A stretch of 64,000 nt of DNA, from contig NZ_JAQBOI010000090.1 in assembly GCF_028288105.1 (NCBI RefSeq), forward strand, positions 119-64,118, given 5' to 3'. The DNA is from Mucilaginibacter sp. (GTDB lineage: Bacteria; Bacteroidota; Bacteroidia; Sphingobacteriales; Sphingobacteriaceae). The notes under the pieces were generated by a model. It was not told the origin of the DNA. It saw nothing but the letters and a program-made list of their open reading frames with translations, and did no database searches. Below, piece after piece: positions 38,648 to 48,476 of this stretch (its first letter is position 1; each line of letters begins with the position of its first letter). The position numbers and the translations under genes were made by a program.

Positions 38648-40792
38648 ATGAAAAAACATACGATTAGCGCGCTTGCCCTGTTCCTGATTTTGCAGGCTAC
38701 CCTTATCAATACTTTTGCACAGGTTACCAACCTTGCAGCCGGCATACAAAAATTATCTGCAGGCCATCCCGATAAATTTACGCCATACGCCTTTTGCGAG
38801 GAATTACCGATGAAGACAGTACTTGCCGGTCTGCCTGCCGGAAAATTACCTTTCAAACTGGCTGATATCAAAATAAGTACAAACGACCGGGGAGTAGTAG
38901 TAGAGATCCCGTTGGATAATAGCGAGCAACTTTATGGCTTCGGGCTGCAACTGGGTTCTTTTAACCAGAAGGGTTTAAAAATAAAACCGATTGTTAACGA
39001 TAACCCGTTAAACGATGTTGGTTATACCCACGGCCCTGCCACATTTTATGTATCTAACAAAGGCTACGGGATCTTAATAAATACAGCGCGCTATACCACC
39101 TTTTACTGTGGGACCACGGCTAAACTAAATGACCGTAACGGTGCACCTGTAGAAACAAAAGGAGGCAATTCAGTTGATGAGCTTTACAAAAGCGATGGCA
39201 AAGCGCAAGGCAATGTAACGGTGGATATCCCCGGCGCCAAAGGAATAGAAGTTTTTGTTTTTGAGGGCCCTGATCTTAAAAACGTTATGCAGCGGTATAA
39301 TTTATTTTCAGGGGGTGGTGCTTTACCCGCAATTTGGGGTTTGGGGATCAAGTACCGTGTGAAAGCAGATTTCAATCAGCAGCAGGTTATTAAAATGGGA
39401 AAATACTTCCGCGACAACCATATCCCGTGTGATGTATTGGGTATCGAACCTAAATGGCAAACCGCAGCCTATTCCTGCTCATATGTTTGGGCAAAGGACT
39501 TTTTTCCCGATCCCCCAAAGTTTATTGCCACCATGAAGGAGCAGGGGTTTCAGGTAAATTTATGGGAACATGCTTTTGTATCACCTAAATCTCCACTTTA
39601 TGAACCTTTGAAAACCAAGTCGGGTAATTACCTGGTATGGGGCGGATTAGTACCCGATTTCGCCGATAGCGCAGCAAGAGGGATTTTTGCCGATTATCAT
39701 GATGAGACTTTTGTAAAACAGGGGATCTCGGGCTTTAAAATGGATGAGTGTGATAACTCCAATATCGCTTTTGGAAGCAACTCGTGGAGTTTCCCCGAAC
39801 TTAGCCAGTTCCCGTCGGGCATTGACGGTGAGCAGATGCACCAGCTTTTCGGCTTGCTGTATCAAAAAACCATATATAACATTTATAAGCGCTCAAACAA
39901 GCGCACGTACCTTGATGTGAGGGCCTCCAATGCTTTCGCATCGGCTTATCCCGCCGCTTTGTATAGCGATACATATGATCATGACCAATATATTAAAATG
40001 ATACTTAATTCTGGTTTTTCGGGCATGATATGGTCCCCGGAAGTAAGGGAATCTAATTCGATAAAAGATTTTATGCGTCGCAGTCAAACGGCGGTGCTGT
40101 CGGCACAAACACTATTTAATTCCTGGTACTTGCAAAACCCGCCATGGTTACAGATCAATATTAAAAAGAACAATAATGGTCAATTAATGGACAATGCAAA
40201 GCAAATTGAGGCCGATATCCGGAAACTATTCGAATTTAGAATGAGCCTCATCCCATATTTGTATAATGCATTTGCTGATTATCATTTTAAAGGGATACCT
40301 CCGTTTCGTGCATTGGTTATGGATTATCCTGAGGATAAGAACACTTTTAACCTCGCGGATGAATACCTGATAGGTGAGGGTATCCTGGCCGCACCGTTAA
40401 CGGAAAAAATGGATGAAAGAAAGGTTTATTTACCGGCAGGTATCTGGTACGACTTTAATACCAACCAAAAATATGAGGGTGGCAAATCTTATATAGTAAA
40501 AACAGGCCTTACCGAACTGCCGATATTTATCAAAGAAGGAACGATACTTCCTTTGGCGAAGCCGGTCACTAATGTAACAGGAAACACGGTATTTGAAATT
40601 ACCTGCTACGTATACGGCGAGAAAAGCACTACAGCGACCTTGTTTGAAGACGATGGCGTAACTTTTAATTATGAAAAAGAAAAGTTTAATCGGATAACCT
40701 TGTTATGGAATAAAAATAAAGGCATGTTTAAACGGAACGGCACATTTAAAAACAAAAGATATGATATAAAAGAATGGCGGCTTATCAAATAA
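38648..40792 (+). CDS. GH31 glycoside hydrolase
   Basis: Signal peptide, GFKMDECD nucleophile region, RMSLIPYLY, YLPAGIWYDF, LFEDDG. Confidence 0.88.
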   Translation: MKKHTISALALFLILQATLINTFAQVTNLAAGIQKLSAGHPDKFTPYAFCEELPMKTVLAGLPAGKLPFKLADIKISTNDRGVVVEIPLDNSEQLYGFGLQLGSFNQKGLKIKPIVNDNPLNDVGYTHGPATFYVSNKGYGILINTARYTTFYCGTTAKLNDRNGAPVETKGGNSVDELYKSDGKAQGNVTVDIPGAKGIEVFVFEGPDLKNVMQRYNLFSGGGALPAIWGLGIKYRVKADFNQQQVIKMGKYFRDNHIPCDVLGIEPKWQTAAYSCSYVWAKDFFPDPPKFIATMKEQGFQVNLWEHAFVSPKSPLYEPLKTKSGNYLVWGGLVPDFADSAARGIFADYHDETFVKQGISGFKMDECDNSNIAFGSNSWSFPELSQFPSGIDGEQMHQLFGLLYQKTIYNIYKRSNKRTYLDVRASNAFASAYPAALYSDTYDHDQYIKMILNSGFSGMIWSPEVRESNSIKDFMRRSQTAVLSAQTLFNSWYLQNPPWLQINIKKNNNGQLMDNAKQIEADIRKLFEFRMSLIPYLYNAFADYHFKGIPPFRALVMDYPEDKNTFNLADEYLIGEGILAAPLTEKMDERKVYLPAGIWYDFNTNQKYEGGKSYIVKTGLTELPIFIKEGTILPLAKPVTNVTGNTVFEITCYVYGEKSTTATLFEDDGVTFNYEKEKFNRITLLWNKNKGMFKRNGTFKNKRYDIKEWRLIK

Positions 40793-41426
40793 TAAATGGC
40801 CTGACTATTAGTTAAGTTTTATTGGACCAAAATTTATATCCCCATTTCTAAAACAAAACACATAAAAGATTATCTTAAATATCGCAACGTTAAAGCCTAA
40901 GGTATTTTATGCTTATTCGGAAGCCAAAGCAATTTTGGGTTACGCATTTATTTATTTCTTATTCACCACGGTCGCGCTATTAGTTGCTTAAGTGATGAAT
41001 AAAGGACAGTGGGTTCAGTCGCTCACAGATCTGTCGCGGCACGAGTGTAATGGGGTAACTCGGACACTCGCATTTTTTGCAATACAACTAATCGTTTTTC
41101 GATTGTGACATTGCGCAAAATAATATAGTGTTAAAGAAAAGTTAAGATAAGCGCTACTGTTAATTATGCAAGTTCGAAGGCTTTTATCTGTGGCAAAATT
41201 AACAATTAATACAGTCGAATCGAACCCTTTCTAGGCAACATTTTAGGCCGTTCAAAAACTGCAACTGTTCTACCAAATGGTTCGAATTATGTCCAGTCAG
41301 AGGAGCAAGGCCCCGCATGTCCCCGGGGCTTTTTTGTGGGTAGACTTTGTGTTTGGTGAAGTTAGTGATGGGCACACGCGGCTCGCGTGCGTCAGCCAGG
41401 GTTGAACGGTGCAACTTAGACCCAGC

Positions 41427-41993
41427 CTATACCGGCAGGTATTTATTGACTATTTTTCCATTTTTGTAAGCGGTTGAACTATCTAATTTCAGTGCTTTTT
41501 GCTCCTTAAAAATTGAAAGCCCGCTCCCGATAGCAACTGGGTTCCTGAAAATAAAATATTCATCAATAAGGTTCTGGCTGATCAGCGAACTTACAAAATT
41601 GGCGCCGCCATAAACAATAATATCTTTGCCCGGTTCTTTTTTCAGCGCCTGTACTGCAGCAGCCAGGTCGCCGTTTTCCACTTCCAGGTTCCTGCCGTTG
41701 ATGGCGGTTTGTGTGTGGCTGAAAGCAATTTTGCGCATATTTACCATTAGTTGCGCCAAAGGTTGTTCCGGGCTGTCGGGCAGGTTGTCCACCACATTTT
41801 CCCAGTGATCGGTGAATCCCCGGGTCATCTTGCGACCCAGCAAAATGGTATCGCAGCTGTCGGCCAGCTCAATTACACGCTGGAATATAGATTCATCCCG
41901 TTCGCCGGGTATCCACATCCAGTCCAACTGGCCATCCGGCCCGGCTACAAAACCATCAAGGGTCATTTGTACCTGTAATTTTAATTTTCGCAT
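41427..41993 (-). CDS. Dihydrofolate reductase / RibD C-terminal family protein
   Basis: MTLDGFVAG, LLGRK, YGGANF, LIDEY, GSG. Confidence 0.88.
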   Translation of the reverse strand: MRKLKLQVQMTLDGFVAGPDGQLDWMWIPGERDESIFQRVIELADSCDTILLGRKMTRGFTDHWENVVDNLPDSPEQPLAQLMVNMRKIAFSHTQTAINGRNLEVENGDLAAAVQALKKEPGKDIIVYGGANFVSSLISQNLIDEYFIFRNPVAIGSGLSIFKEQKALKLDSSTAYKNGKIVNKYLPV

Positions 41994-42188
41994 AGCAATT
42001 GTTTTTAAAAAGTGATTGTGTTTCTTTCTATCAAATATCTGCAAATAGTCCATGATATTACGGGTATGATCACGACAAAACAGGGGGGTGATTTGCGCAA
42101 AAAATAAGTGAGAAGGATAGTATATATGTAAGCCTTAGATTGAAGATCTTGTTCAAGATATAGCGTAAGACAAATAAGAGATGGCTTT

Positions 42189-42956
42189 TTATAAAGGTAT
42201 ACCGAATAGCTGCGCGTGTAACAGAATGATACCCGGATAAGCCATCGGGAAGGTAACGATGAAATCGTTAAGCCCCATTAATATGGAAGTTGCCAAATGG
42301 AACGAAAGCATCAATGCCAGGGTAACGATGAGCAATGATTGAAATGGCAGGCAAAAACTTACAATTACGGCAAGCATCATCACCATAGCGCTATATGAAC
42401 ATGCTTTTTCTATTACCGGGTGTTTTGCCAAAAAACCGGAAACCTTAGGTATGCCGTACGAGTAAGTGCCTAATATGCCGGCTAATACATTGCCTTTTCG
42501 CCAATATGGCGATGTGAGTTTCATGATACCCGAGGTAGTATACCCCAATATTACCTGCAGGCCCATAAAATAAATGGATAGTAATTCGCCGGTATTGCTG
42601 CTCAGTAAAAAACACAGGCTGTATGATAAGTAGCCAATGAGGCGCACCTGGTCTGATCCGTCTTTGCCGCCGGTGCGTATTTGATACGAATACAGGTTAA
42701 CCGCGGCAATAAGTACAAAAGGTATCCTGAAATATACGGTATCGTACCCGATGATCAACACAAAGGCCATCACACACAAAACAACCTGGATAGCCTGAAC
42801 TGCGGCCCATCTTAAATACTTGCTTTTTACTTCGGTTGTAGGATATACAAAATTTACATATTTCTTCGGCACGCTTAAAAGCTCCGCCCCTGAGACAAAG
42901 CCCGATAACAGTAAAATAGAAACGCTGATCTTGTAATACAGGTGCAGGTTATGCAT
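42189..42956 (-). CDS. HTTM / SdpB-like multi-pass membrane protein
   Basis: DGSDQ, YTTSGIMKL..YWRKG, FHLATSILMGLNDF..AYP. Confidence 0.75.
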   Translation of the reverse strand: MHNLHLYYKISVSILLLSGFVSGAELLSVPKKYVNFVYPTTEVKSKYLRWAAVQAIQVVLCVMAFVLIIGYDTVYFRIPFVLIAAVNLYSYQIRTGGKDGSDQVRLIGYLSYSLCFLLSSNTGELLSIYFMGLQVILGYTTSGIMKLTSPYWRKGNVLAGILGTYSYGIPKVSGFLAKHPVIEKACSYSAMVMMLAVIVSFCLPFQSLLIVTLALMLSFHLATSILMGLNDFIVTFPMAYPGIILLHAQLFGIPL

Positions 42957-42958
42957 GG

Positions 42959-43450
42959 TTATAATTTTTGATATGCCGAGGCAAAAATGACATCGGTTAT
43001 TTGTATGGTTTCTACTCCTTCGGCAGCTACAATTGCAAACCTGATGGTTGCTTCTTTATCCTTAATATGGTCAACTATCAGCATCAGTATATTCAGGTAA
43101 TTTTCAGAGATTAGGATAAAATCTTTATTATCCTCGGCCAGGTTATTAAATTCGGCGATCAAAAAGTTAAAACAATCGATCATACCCTTGTTATAATATT
43201 TAAAAGGGTTCCAGAAAATCCTCTGTAATGAAAAATATTTATAAAGGGGCACTTCCAACCACTCTTCGCTCCCAATTATTTTATAAACAAGGCGATAATC
43301 ATTCACCATTGGTCTTGGCGCAAAGAAAGAATAGTTAGGCAACAGATGCAGTATATCAAACTTTGCAAACTTGCCCTGCAGGCTTTTTACCTGGTAAAAA
43401 ACACTTGCTATAAAAAATATAGCAAGTGTTGTAATAACAAACCAGACCAT
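42959..43450 (-). CDS. SdpA / DUF5819-like membrane-anchored protein
   Basis: N-terminal TM, LLPNYSFFAPRP, FWNP. Confidence 0.7.
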   Translation of the reverse strand: MVWFVITTLAIFFIASVFYQVKSLQGKFAKFDILHLLPNYSFFAPRPMVNDYRLVYKIIGSEEWLEVPLYKYFSLQRIFWNPFKYYNKGMIDCFNFLIAEFNNLAEDNKDFILISENYLNILMLIVDHIKDKEATIRFAIVAAEGVETIQITDVIFASAYQKL

Positions 43451-43454
43451 TACT

Positions 43455-43934
43455 TTAATTTAAAGCTTCTTTTCTGATCATAAGGAGCTGTTGAAGTGTT
43501 AAGGCCTCAACGCTGTTATTTTTTAGTCTTGAAGCGATGTTTTTTGTCATTTGAGCAGTTTTTGGCGGGTTTGCCAGTGCAGCTCCATCAGCCCCATCAG
43601 TAACAGCAGCGGTAATCGCACTTAGCACTGCCGATTTATTCGCAGTAACAAAATGTGCAACCCGAGTAGCCGCAGTTTTAGCATCATGGGCAACGTACGT
43701 AGCCGCAGTTTTAACATCGTGGGCGACATTCGTGATAATATTCGTAGCCGCAGTTTTAACATCATGGGCGACATTCGTGGCAATATTTTTAGCAGCAGTT
43801 TCAACATCATGTACCGCGGTCATAATAAAACTGATAAATCCGCCGATCACGGGTTTGTCAACAAGCATACTTTCGATCAGCTGGTCAACATCGGCCAAGG
43901 CCGATACATTTAAATTGGCTTCTTTTAACTTCAT
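43455..43934 (-). CDS. Putative peptide precursor with tandem repeats
   Basis: First gene of the operon; GG at residues 31-32; four HD[VA][KE]TAA repeats; no Cys. Confidence 0.7.
   Translation of the reverse strand: MKLKEANLNVSALADVDQLIESMLVDKPVIGGFISFIMTAVHDVETAAKNIATNVAHDVKTAATNIITNVAHDVKTAATYVAHDAKTAATRVAHFVTANKSAVLSAITAAVTDGADGAALANPPKTAQMTKNIASRLKNNSVEALTLQQLLMIRKEALN
43655..43815 (-). repeat. In-frame tandem repeat (33/45/45-nt spacing)
   Basis: GTAGCCGCAGTTTTA at 43666, 43699 and 43744, with a variant at 43789. Confidence 0.9.
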
Positions 43935-44206
43935 AATAATTTGTTGGTTTAGGTTAATGACTACTCTGTTAGATGCTTTTCGTCGTCCGCATTTATTAAT
44001 TGTGATATTTTTTATTCAGAGTTGAAAATCTTTCTTTGATATATAAGTATATATTTATAATCATTTAAAAAACTTACAAACAATGTTTTATGAATATATA
44101 AACATACGGGATTGATATGAATTATAGAAAATAATTATATTAAAATATCACAAAGAAATTTTTCTTTAATAAATTTACCACCACCACTACAGCCACTAAT
44201 ATTAAT

Positions 44207-44746
44207 ATGGTAACCATCATACTTTTAAATGGGACATCCAGCGCCGGGAAATCGAGCATTGCATATAAAATACAAGAGTTTGGTGAGCTGCCTTATCTGC
44301 ATGTAAAGATGGATACTTTTTTAAGGATGGCTCCTTATGATCACATTCGTCGCCGGGAAACATCAAATTTGATCATTAAGGGCTTTCATAACAGCCTTGC
44401 CGGATTGTCTATAGCCGGAAATTGCCTGGTGATAGATCACGTTTTCCAAGAGCAGGAATGGTTTCTTAATTGCCTTAAGGCTCTCAAAGATCTGAGGGTT
44501 TATTTTATTGGGGTGCATTGCGACCTGGAAACGCTTAAGCAAAGAGAGATCAACAGAGGCGACCGCTCTATTGGCACCGCCGAATATCAATATGAGCGTG
44601 TACACGCAAAAACCACGTATGACTTTGAGGTAGACACGGCAAACGCCACTGCCGAAACGTGTGCGCAGGCAATATTGAAATATGTTACCGAAACAGCACA
44701 TCCGCTTGCCTGGGAAAAATTGCTTGCCGAAAACAATATAGAATAA
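44207..44746 (+). CDS. Chloramphenicol phosphotransferase (CPT)-like P-loop kinase
   Basis: LNGTSSAGKS, VIDHV, REINRGDR, YDFEVDT. Confidence 0.85.
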   Translation: MVTIILLNGTSSAGKSSIAYKIQEFGELPYLHVKMDTFLRMAPYDHIRRRETSNLIIKGFHNSLAGLSIAGNCLVIDHVFQEQEWFLNCLKALKDLRVYFIGVHCDLETLKQREINRGDRSIGTAEYQYERVHAKTTYDFEVDTANATAETCAQAILKYVTETAHPLAWEKLLAENNIE

Positions 44747-44777
44747 ATATCATTTTTCGCGGAGAACTTTGGCAAAA

Positions 44778-45490
44778 TCAGTCAATTTTTGGAGCGTTGC
44801 TGTTGTAATCTTTGTCTGTTACTTTTCCTAACCATACAACGCTTCTCTTATCCATATTCGGGCTTAGAGCGATATGTGTCATGAATCTGCCTGGCGAGGC
44901 TCCATGCCAGTGGATCACATTTGGCGAACATTTAACAATGTCGCCTTTGTGCAGCAGCTGAATTTGTTTGCCTTTTTCCTGGTAATAACCCAGCCCGCCA
45001 GTTATCAGAAGTATTTGCCCCGAAGGATGTAAGTGCCAATTTGACCGGGCTCCCGGCGCAAAGGTTACATAGCCAATTTGGGTGTTATAGGCCTTATCTG
45101 TTGGAACGAGCATATTTAGCCATACATCACCTGAAAAATTGTTGCTGGCAATTTTATCGCCTTTGTTAAATATTCCTTGCTGAATACTTACTACAGGTTC
45201 CGAATGGATAGATGTAGTTGCTGTTTGGCCGAACATTTCATCTAAAATTTTAGCCGCACTATAGCCTTCCTCCCTGCCTATTTTTGTGTATAAGGCAGAT
45301 GCAACCGCCCTTAACTGTTGTTCTGTAAGACCGACATTTTTGCCAACATTGAGGTGGCCACGGAGCTGACTTTCTACCCCTCCCAGGCTGGCTAATGCAG
45401 AAATTGTTGAAATCTCGCGGCTTTGGTAATCAAGGTTATCCCGGCTGAATATATCGGCAAAAAGATGTTCTTTCAGGAATGTATATATAC
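44778..45490 (-). pseudogene. 5'-truncated carboxymuconolactone decarboxylase-cupin fusion
   Basis: Frame upstream of Met 45236 reads TFLKEHLFADIFSRDNLDYQSREISTISALA (CMD-like); cupin WHLHPSGQ...HWHGA. Confidence 0.7.
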
Positions 45491-45888
45491 AACCACTGTT
45501 GGCCAGGTCGTTAAAGTTTCACGAAAAGCAAACGGGAAAATCAAAATTGATAAAGTTTGGGCGGTTGTGGATTGTGGCTGGTACGTAAACCCGGATATTA
45601 TACATGCCCAGGTAGAAGGATCTGTTCTGATGGCGCTTGGTGCGGCAACCATTCATCAGATTACTTTTAAAGACGGATTGGTAGAGCAACGAAACTTTCT
45701 ACGACTATTTAATGCCAAGAATTACCGATATGCCTCCGGTAGAGGTGCATGTTATGGAGAATGATGCAAACGCTGGCGGTGTTGGTGAGCCGGGACTTCC
45801 GCCGTTTGCACCCGCGCTAACTGAAGCGATATTTGATCTGACGGGTAAACGAATACGAAAGCTTCCATTCGACCTTAATAAGTTATAA
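45491..45888 (+). pseudogene. C-terminal fragment of a molybdopterin oxidoreductase (isoquinoline 1-oxidoreductase beta-like), frameshifted
   Basis: VVDCG..VNPD..AQVEGS, then after a shift near 45698 GGVGEPGLPP..TGKRIRKLP-stop. Confidence 0.8.
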
Positions 45889-46034
45889 TGTTTGCGGCCA
45901 AGGAATGGGATAAATAGACAAGTTAACTATATCAAGCCAAAGGCAGCCCCAATTAATAGGCTGCCTTTTGTTTAATATTACTAAATGCAGTAATCGAAAC
46001 TTCAACAATGCTCACGATTTCCTTGAACACAATT

Positions 46035-47282
46035 CTATTTTACAGATGCCGCGGGCTTTACAGTATGCCAAACATTGATGGTATTATGTTTACCTTCTAT
46101 AACAACTTTATAAAAAGGTTGATTTAGCAAACCGGCAGAACTGTAGTTGAATTTTTCTGCGCCGGCAGATGGTGTACTAATCAATTTGTAAATATCCTTT
46201 TTACCTTCTTTTGCATGGTTTGTATAAGTAATATAAACTTTCAGCTTTTCCGTTTTGGTAAATGCTTTCCATTTCAGGGTAAATCCCTTTGCGGTGTTTT
46301 CCAGTCTGGCATTGCTTACTGATACCGGGCCTACGATGGGTACGCCATCAAGCTCCCTTTTAACCGGAACAGGCAGATTGATATTTAAATAACTGGCAGC
46401 TGAGGGCAATATGTCTACAATGCCGGGTTGAGAAGCTTTAAAATATGCGTTGGTGACCGGGTGGTTTAAAATAAACCAGGTGGTTCTTTCGCGCTTGCTT
46501 TGGTCGCCGTGTCCTGAACCTGTTAACGAGTCGCGGCCGTGATCTGTGGTGATCAGCAGCAACCATTTTTCTTTATAATTTGCCTCGCGGAAATGAATGG
46601 CAGCTGCAATTTTTTTCATTTGCTCATCCAACAAGCCTATGGCTTTATCGTATTCCTTCCCTGTGCCTTTGCTGTGGCCCACATCATCTGTATATTCAAG
46701 GTAGATCCATGACAGATCCGGTGCTTTTGCCCGGATAACTGAATCTGCGCAACTTACAACATGCTCGTCTATATGATGCAGGTAAAGGCTGGCCTTATCG
46801 TGCGGGAACGCGATGGTATCTTTTTCGTAACCGTCATAAACATAATCTACAGACAGGTTGCCTGTTTGCGGCAGGCCTGTTCCTAATAACATTTTCCGGT
46901 TTTCTACCCAGGTAGAAAATATGGCAGTGGTGCCGGTTGGTTTTGCCGTTTTAAATATCCGGAAAATGGTAGGGTAATTGTAATTAGGGTGCTGGTTGTC
47001 ATTATCCCACACGTTATGTTTATAGCCCCATGTACCGGTTAACATATTGTTGTACCCTGGTGCCGATATGGTAGGTGTTTCTGTATAAGTGCCTTTTGTG
47101 CCGCCAACATGTGCCCTTGTATAGGCACCCTCTTTAATGATCTGCTGCATGGCAGGGGGGCGCAGGCGTTCTATCACATCTGCCGGGATCCCATCTGCAA
47201 TAACAATTACAACTTTGGGTTTAAGCTGGGCGAATGTGGCCAAGCTTAGCATTACTAAAATTAAAGTGTTTATGATACGCAT
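46035..47282 (-). CDS. Alkaline phosphatase superfamily (NPP/phosphodiesterase-like) secreted enzyme
   Basis: IADG, TISAPGY, DDVGH, TTDHG; signal peptide. Confidence 0.88.
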   Translation of the reverse strand: MRIINTLILVMLSLATFAQLKPKVVIVIADGIPADVIERLRPPAMQQIIKEGAYTRAHVGGTKGTYTETPTISAPGYNNMLTGTWGYKHNVWDNDNQHPNYNYPTIFRIFKTAKPTGTTAIFSTWVENRKMLLGTGLPQTGNLSVDYVYDGYEKDTIAFPHDKASLYLHHIDEHVVSCADSVIRAKAPDLSWIYLEYTDDVGHSKGTGKEYDKAIGLLDEQMKKIAAAIHFREANYKEKWLLLITTDHGRDSLTGSGHGDQSKRERTTWFILNHPVTNAYFKASQPGIVDILPSAASYLNINLPVPVKRELDGVPIVGPVSVSNARLENTAKGFTLKWKAFTKTEKLKVYITYTNHAKEGKKDIYKLISTPSAGAEKFNYSSAGLLNQPFYKVVIEGKHNTINVWHTVKPAASVK

Positions 47283-47429
47283 ATATGTTGTTTTTAGGTG
47301 TTAAGTAAAATCATGAAATGTTTCCGCGGGTCAAAAGTAGATTCCCTGCATTAGCAAATTGTTAAGGTTATCATTTAATCTTCCTGGTTATCTCCATTTT
47401 CGTTAATCTTGTTAAATTAACCTAACATT

Positions 47430-47693
47430 ATGAGGCAAATTATATTGGCAAGTATGGGCTGGCTGGGTGTGGTTTTATGCACAGTGGGCTATCTATTATT
47501 AAGTATGAAAGTGATAAAAGCCGAATCGCTCGGCTTTCAGTTATTGAATATTGTAGGTGGCCTGTGTTTGGTGGCCACCGCTGTTGATAGCGACGATATG
47601 CCAAATGCAGTAGCTAACCTGCTATGGATGTTTATTGGGGTTTATGCCCTGGGCCGTCAGTTACGAACTCAAAATACCGCCCGAACCAATTGA
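47430..47693 (+). CDS. Small membrane protein (CBU_0592-like)
   Basis: 87 aa, three hydrophobic segments, GWLG, FQLLNIVG. Confidence 0.7.
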   Translation: MRQIILASMGWLGVVLCTVGYLLLSMKVIKAESLGFQLLNIVGGLCLVATAVDSDDMPNAVANLLWMFIGVYALGRQLRTQNTARTN

Positions 47694-48287
47694 TTGATCT
47701 ATCCCCAAAATTTGATAGGCTTTGTTCTTATAGTAATCAAGCCTTTCTACATAAGCCTTTTTGTCACTCTCCAGCGAAAGGTAAAAATAAGCGCCATCTA
47801 CCAGTACAAAAATCAGATCGGCGGCTACTTTGGGGGCGGGGACGTTTAATAACTGTTTTTCGTTGCATCGCTCTATCATTGATGCCAACGCAAAACGAAG
47901 AGAATCCAGAATGGTCTTGTACTTTGCTTTAATTTTTTTCTCTCGGAATGCCAGCGCGTAAAAAGTATAAAACAATCCGTCGTCGAATAGCAAATTCCAT
48001 TTTTTTGAAAAAAGCATTTCAATGGTTTTTTGCAGATCGGTAAGCGTAACCGCTTCTTTATTTTTAATGGTGTAGATGAGCAGGTACCTTTCGAGTATAT
48101 GATCTATTAACGCATACGTAAGATCTTCCTTTGTTTCAAAATAATGACTTACAAGGCTTGGATTAATATCCATCACCTTTGCTATTTTGGCTATAGAGGT
48201 ATTTTCGTACCCTTCTTTTTTAGCAACCTTATAGAAGGTCTTTATAATTTCTAATTGTCTTACCTCTTTAAGACTCTTTCTACCCAT
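47661..48287 (-). CDS. TetR family regulator, BetI-like
   Basis: MGRKSLKEVRQLEII...TSIAKIAK..SLVSHYFETKEDL. Confidence 0.88.
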   Translation of the reverse strand: MGRKSLKEVRQLEIIKTFYKVAKKEGYENTSIAKIAKVMDINPSLVSHYFETKEDLTYALIDHILERYLLIYTIKNKEAVTLTDLQKTIEMLFSKKWNLLFDDGLFYTFYALAFREKKIKAKYKTILDSLRFALASMIERCNEKQLLNVPAPKVAADLIFVLVDGAYFYLSLESDKKAYVERLDYYKNKAYQILGIDQSIGSGGILSS

Positions 48288-48349
48288 ATTAATTTTTATC
48301 TAAAACTATCAAACTATTCAAAGATAATCTTATTTTTAAATTTAATAAA

Positions 48350-48388
48350 TTGATTGTATGTTCAATTAATTTATTAATTGAACGCTAA
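48350..48388. promoter_or_regulatory. BetI-box-like operator
   Basis: TTGATTGTATGTTCAATTAA and TTAATTGAACG between the divergent tetR and susC genes. Confidence 0.6.
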
Positions 48389-48476
48389 CCTAAAGGTAAC
48401 ATGATAAACGGAACTTTAGCCTCGATTCTGATAGTACAACATACGGAAATTAAAATATGCTAAATCTTAATTAATT

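Noticed and set aside
43655-43815. Possible CRISPR array
   Set aside because: Units are in-frame coding repeats with no unique spacers, and no cas genes are present
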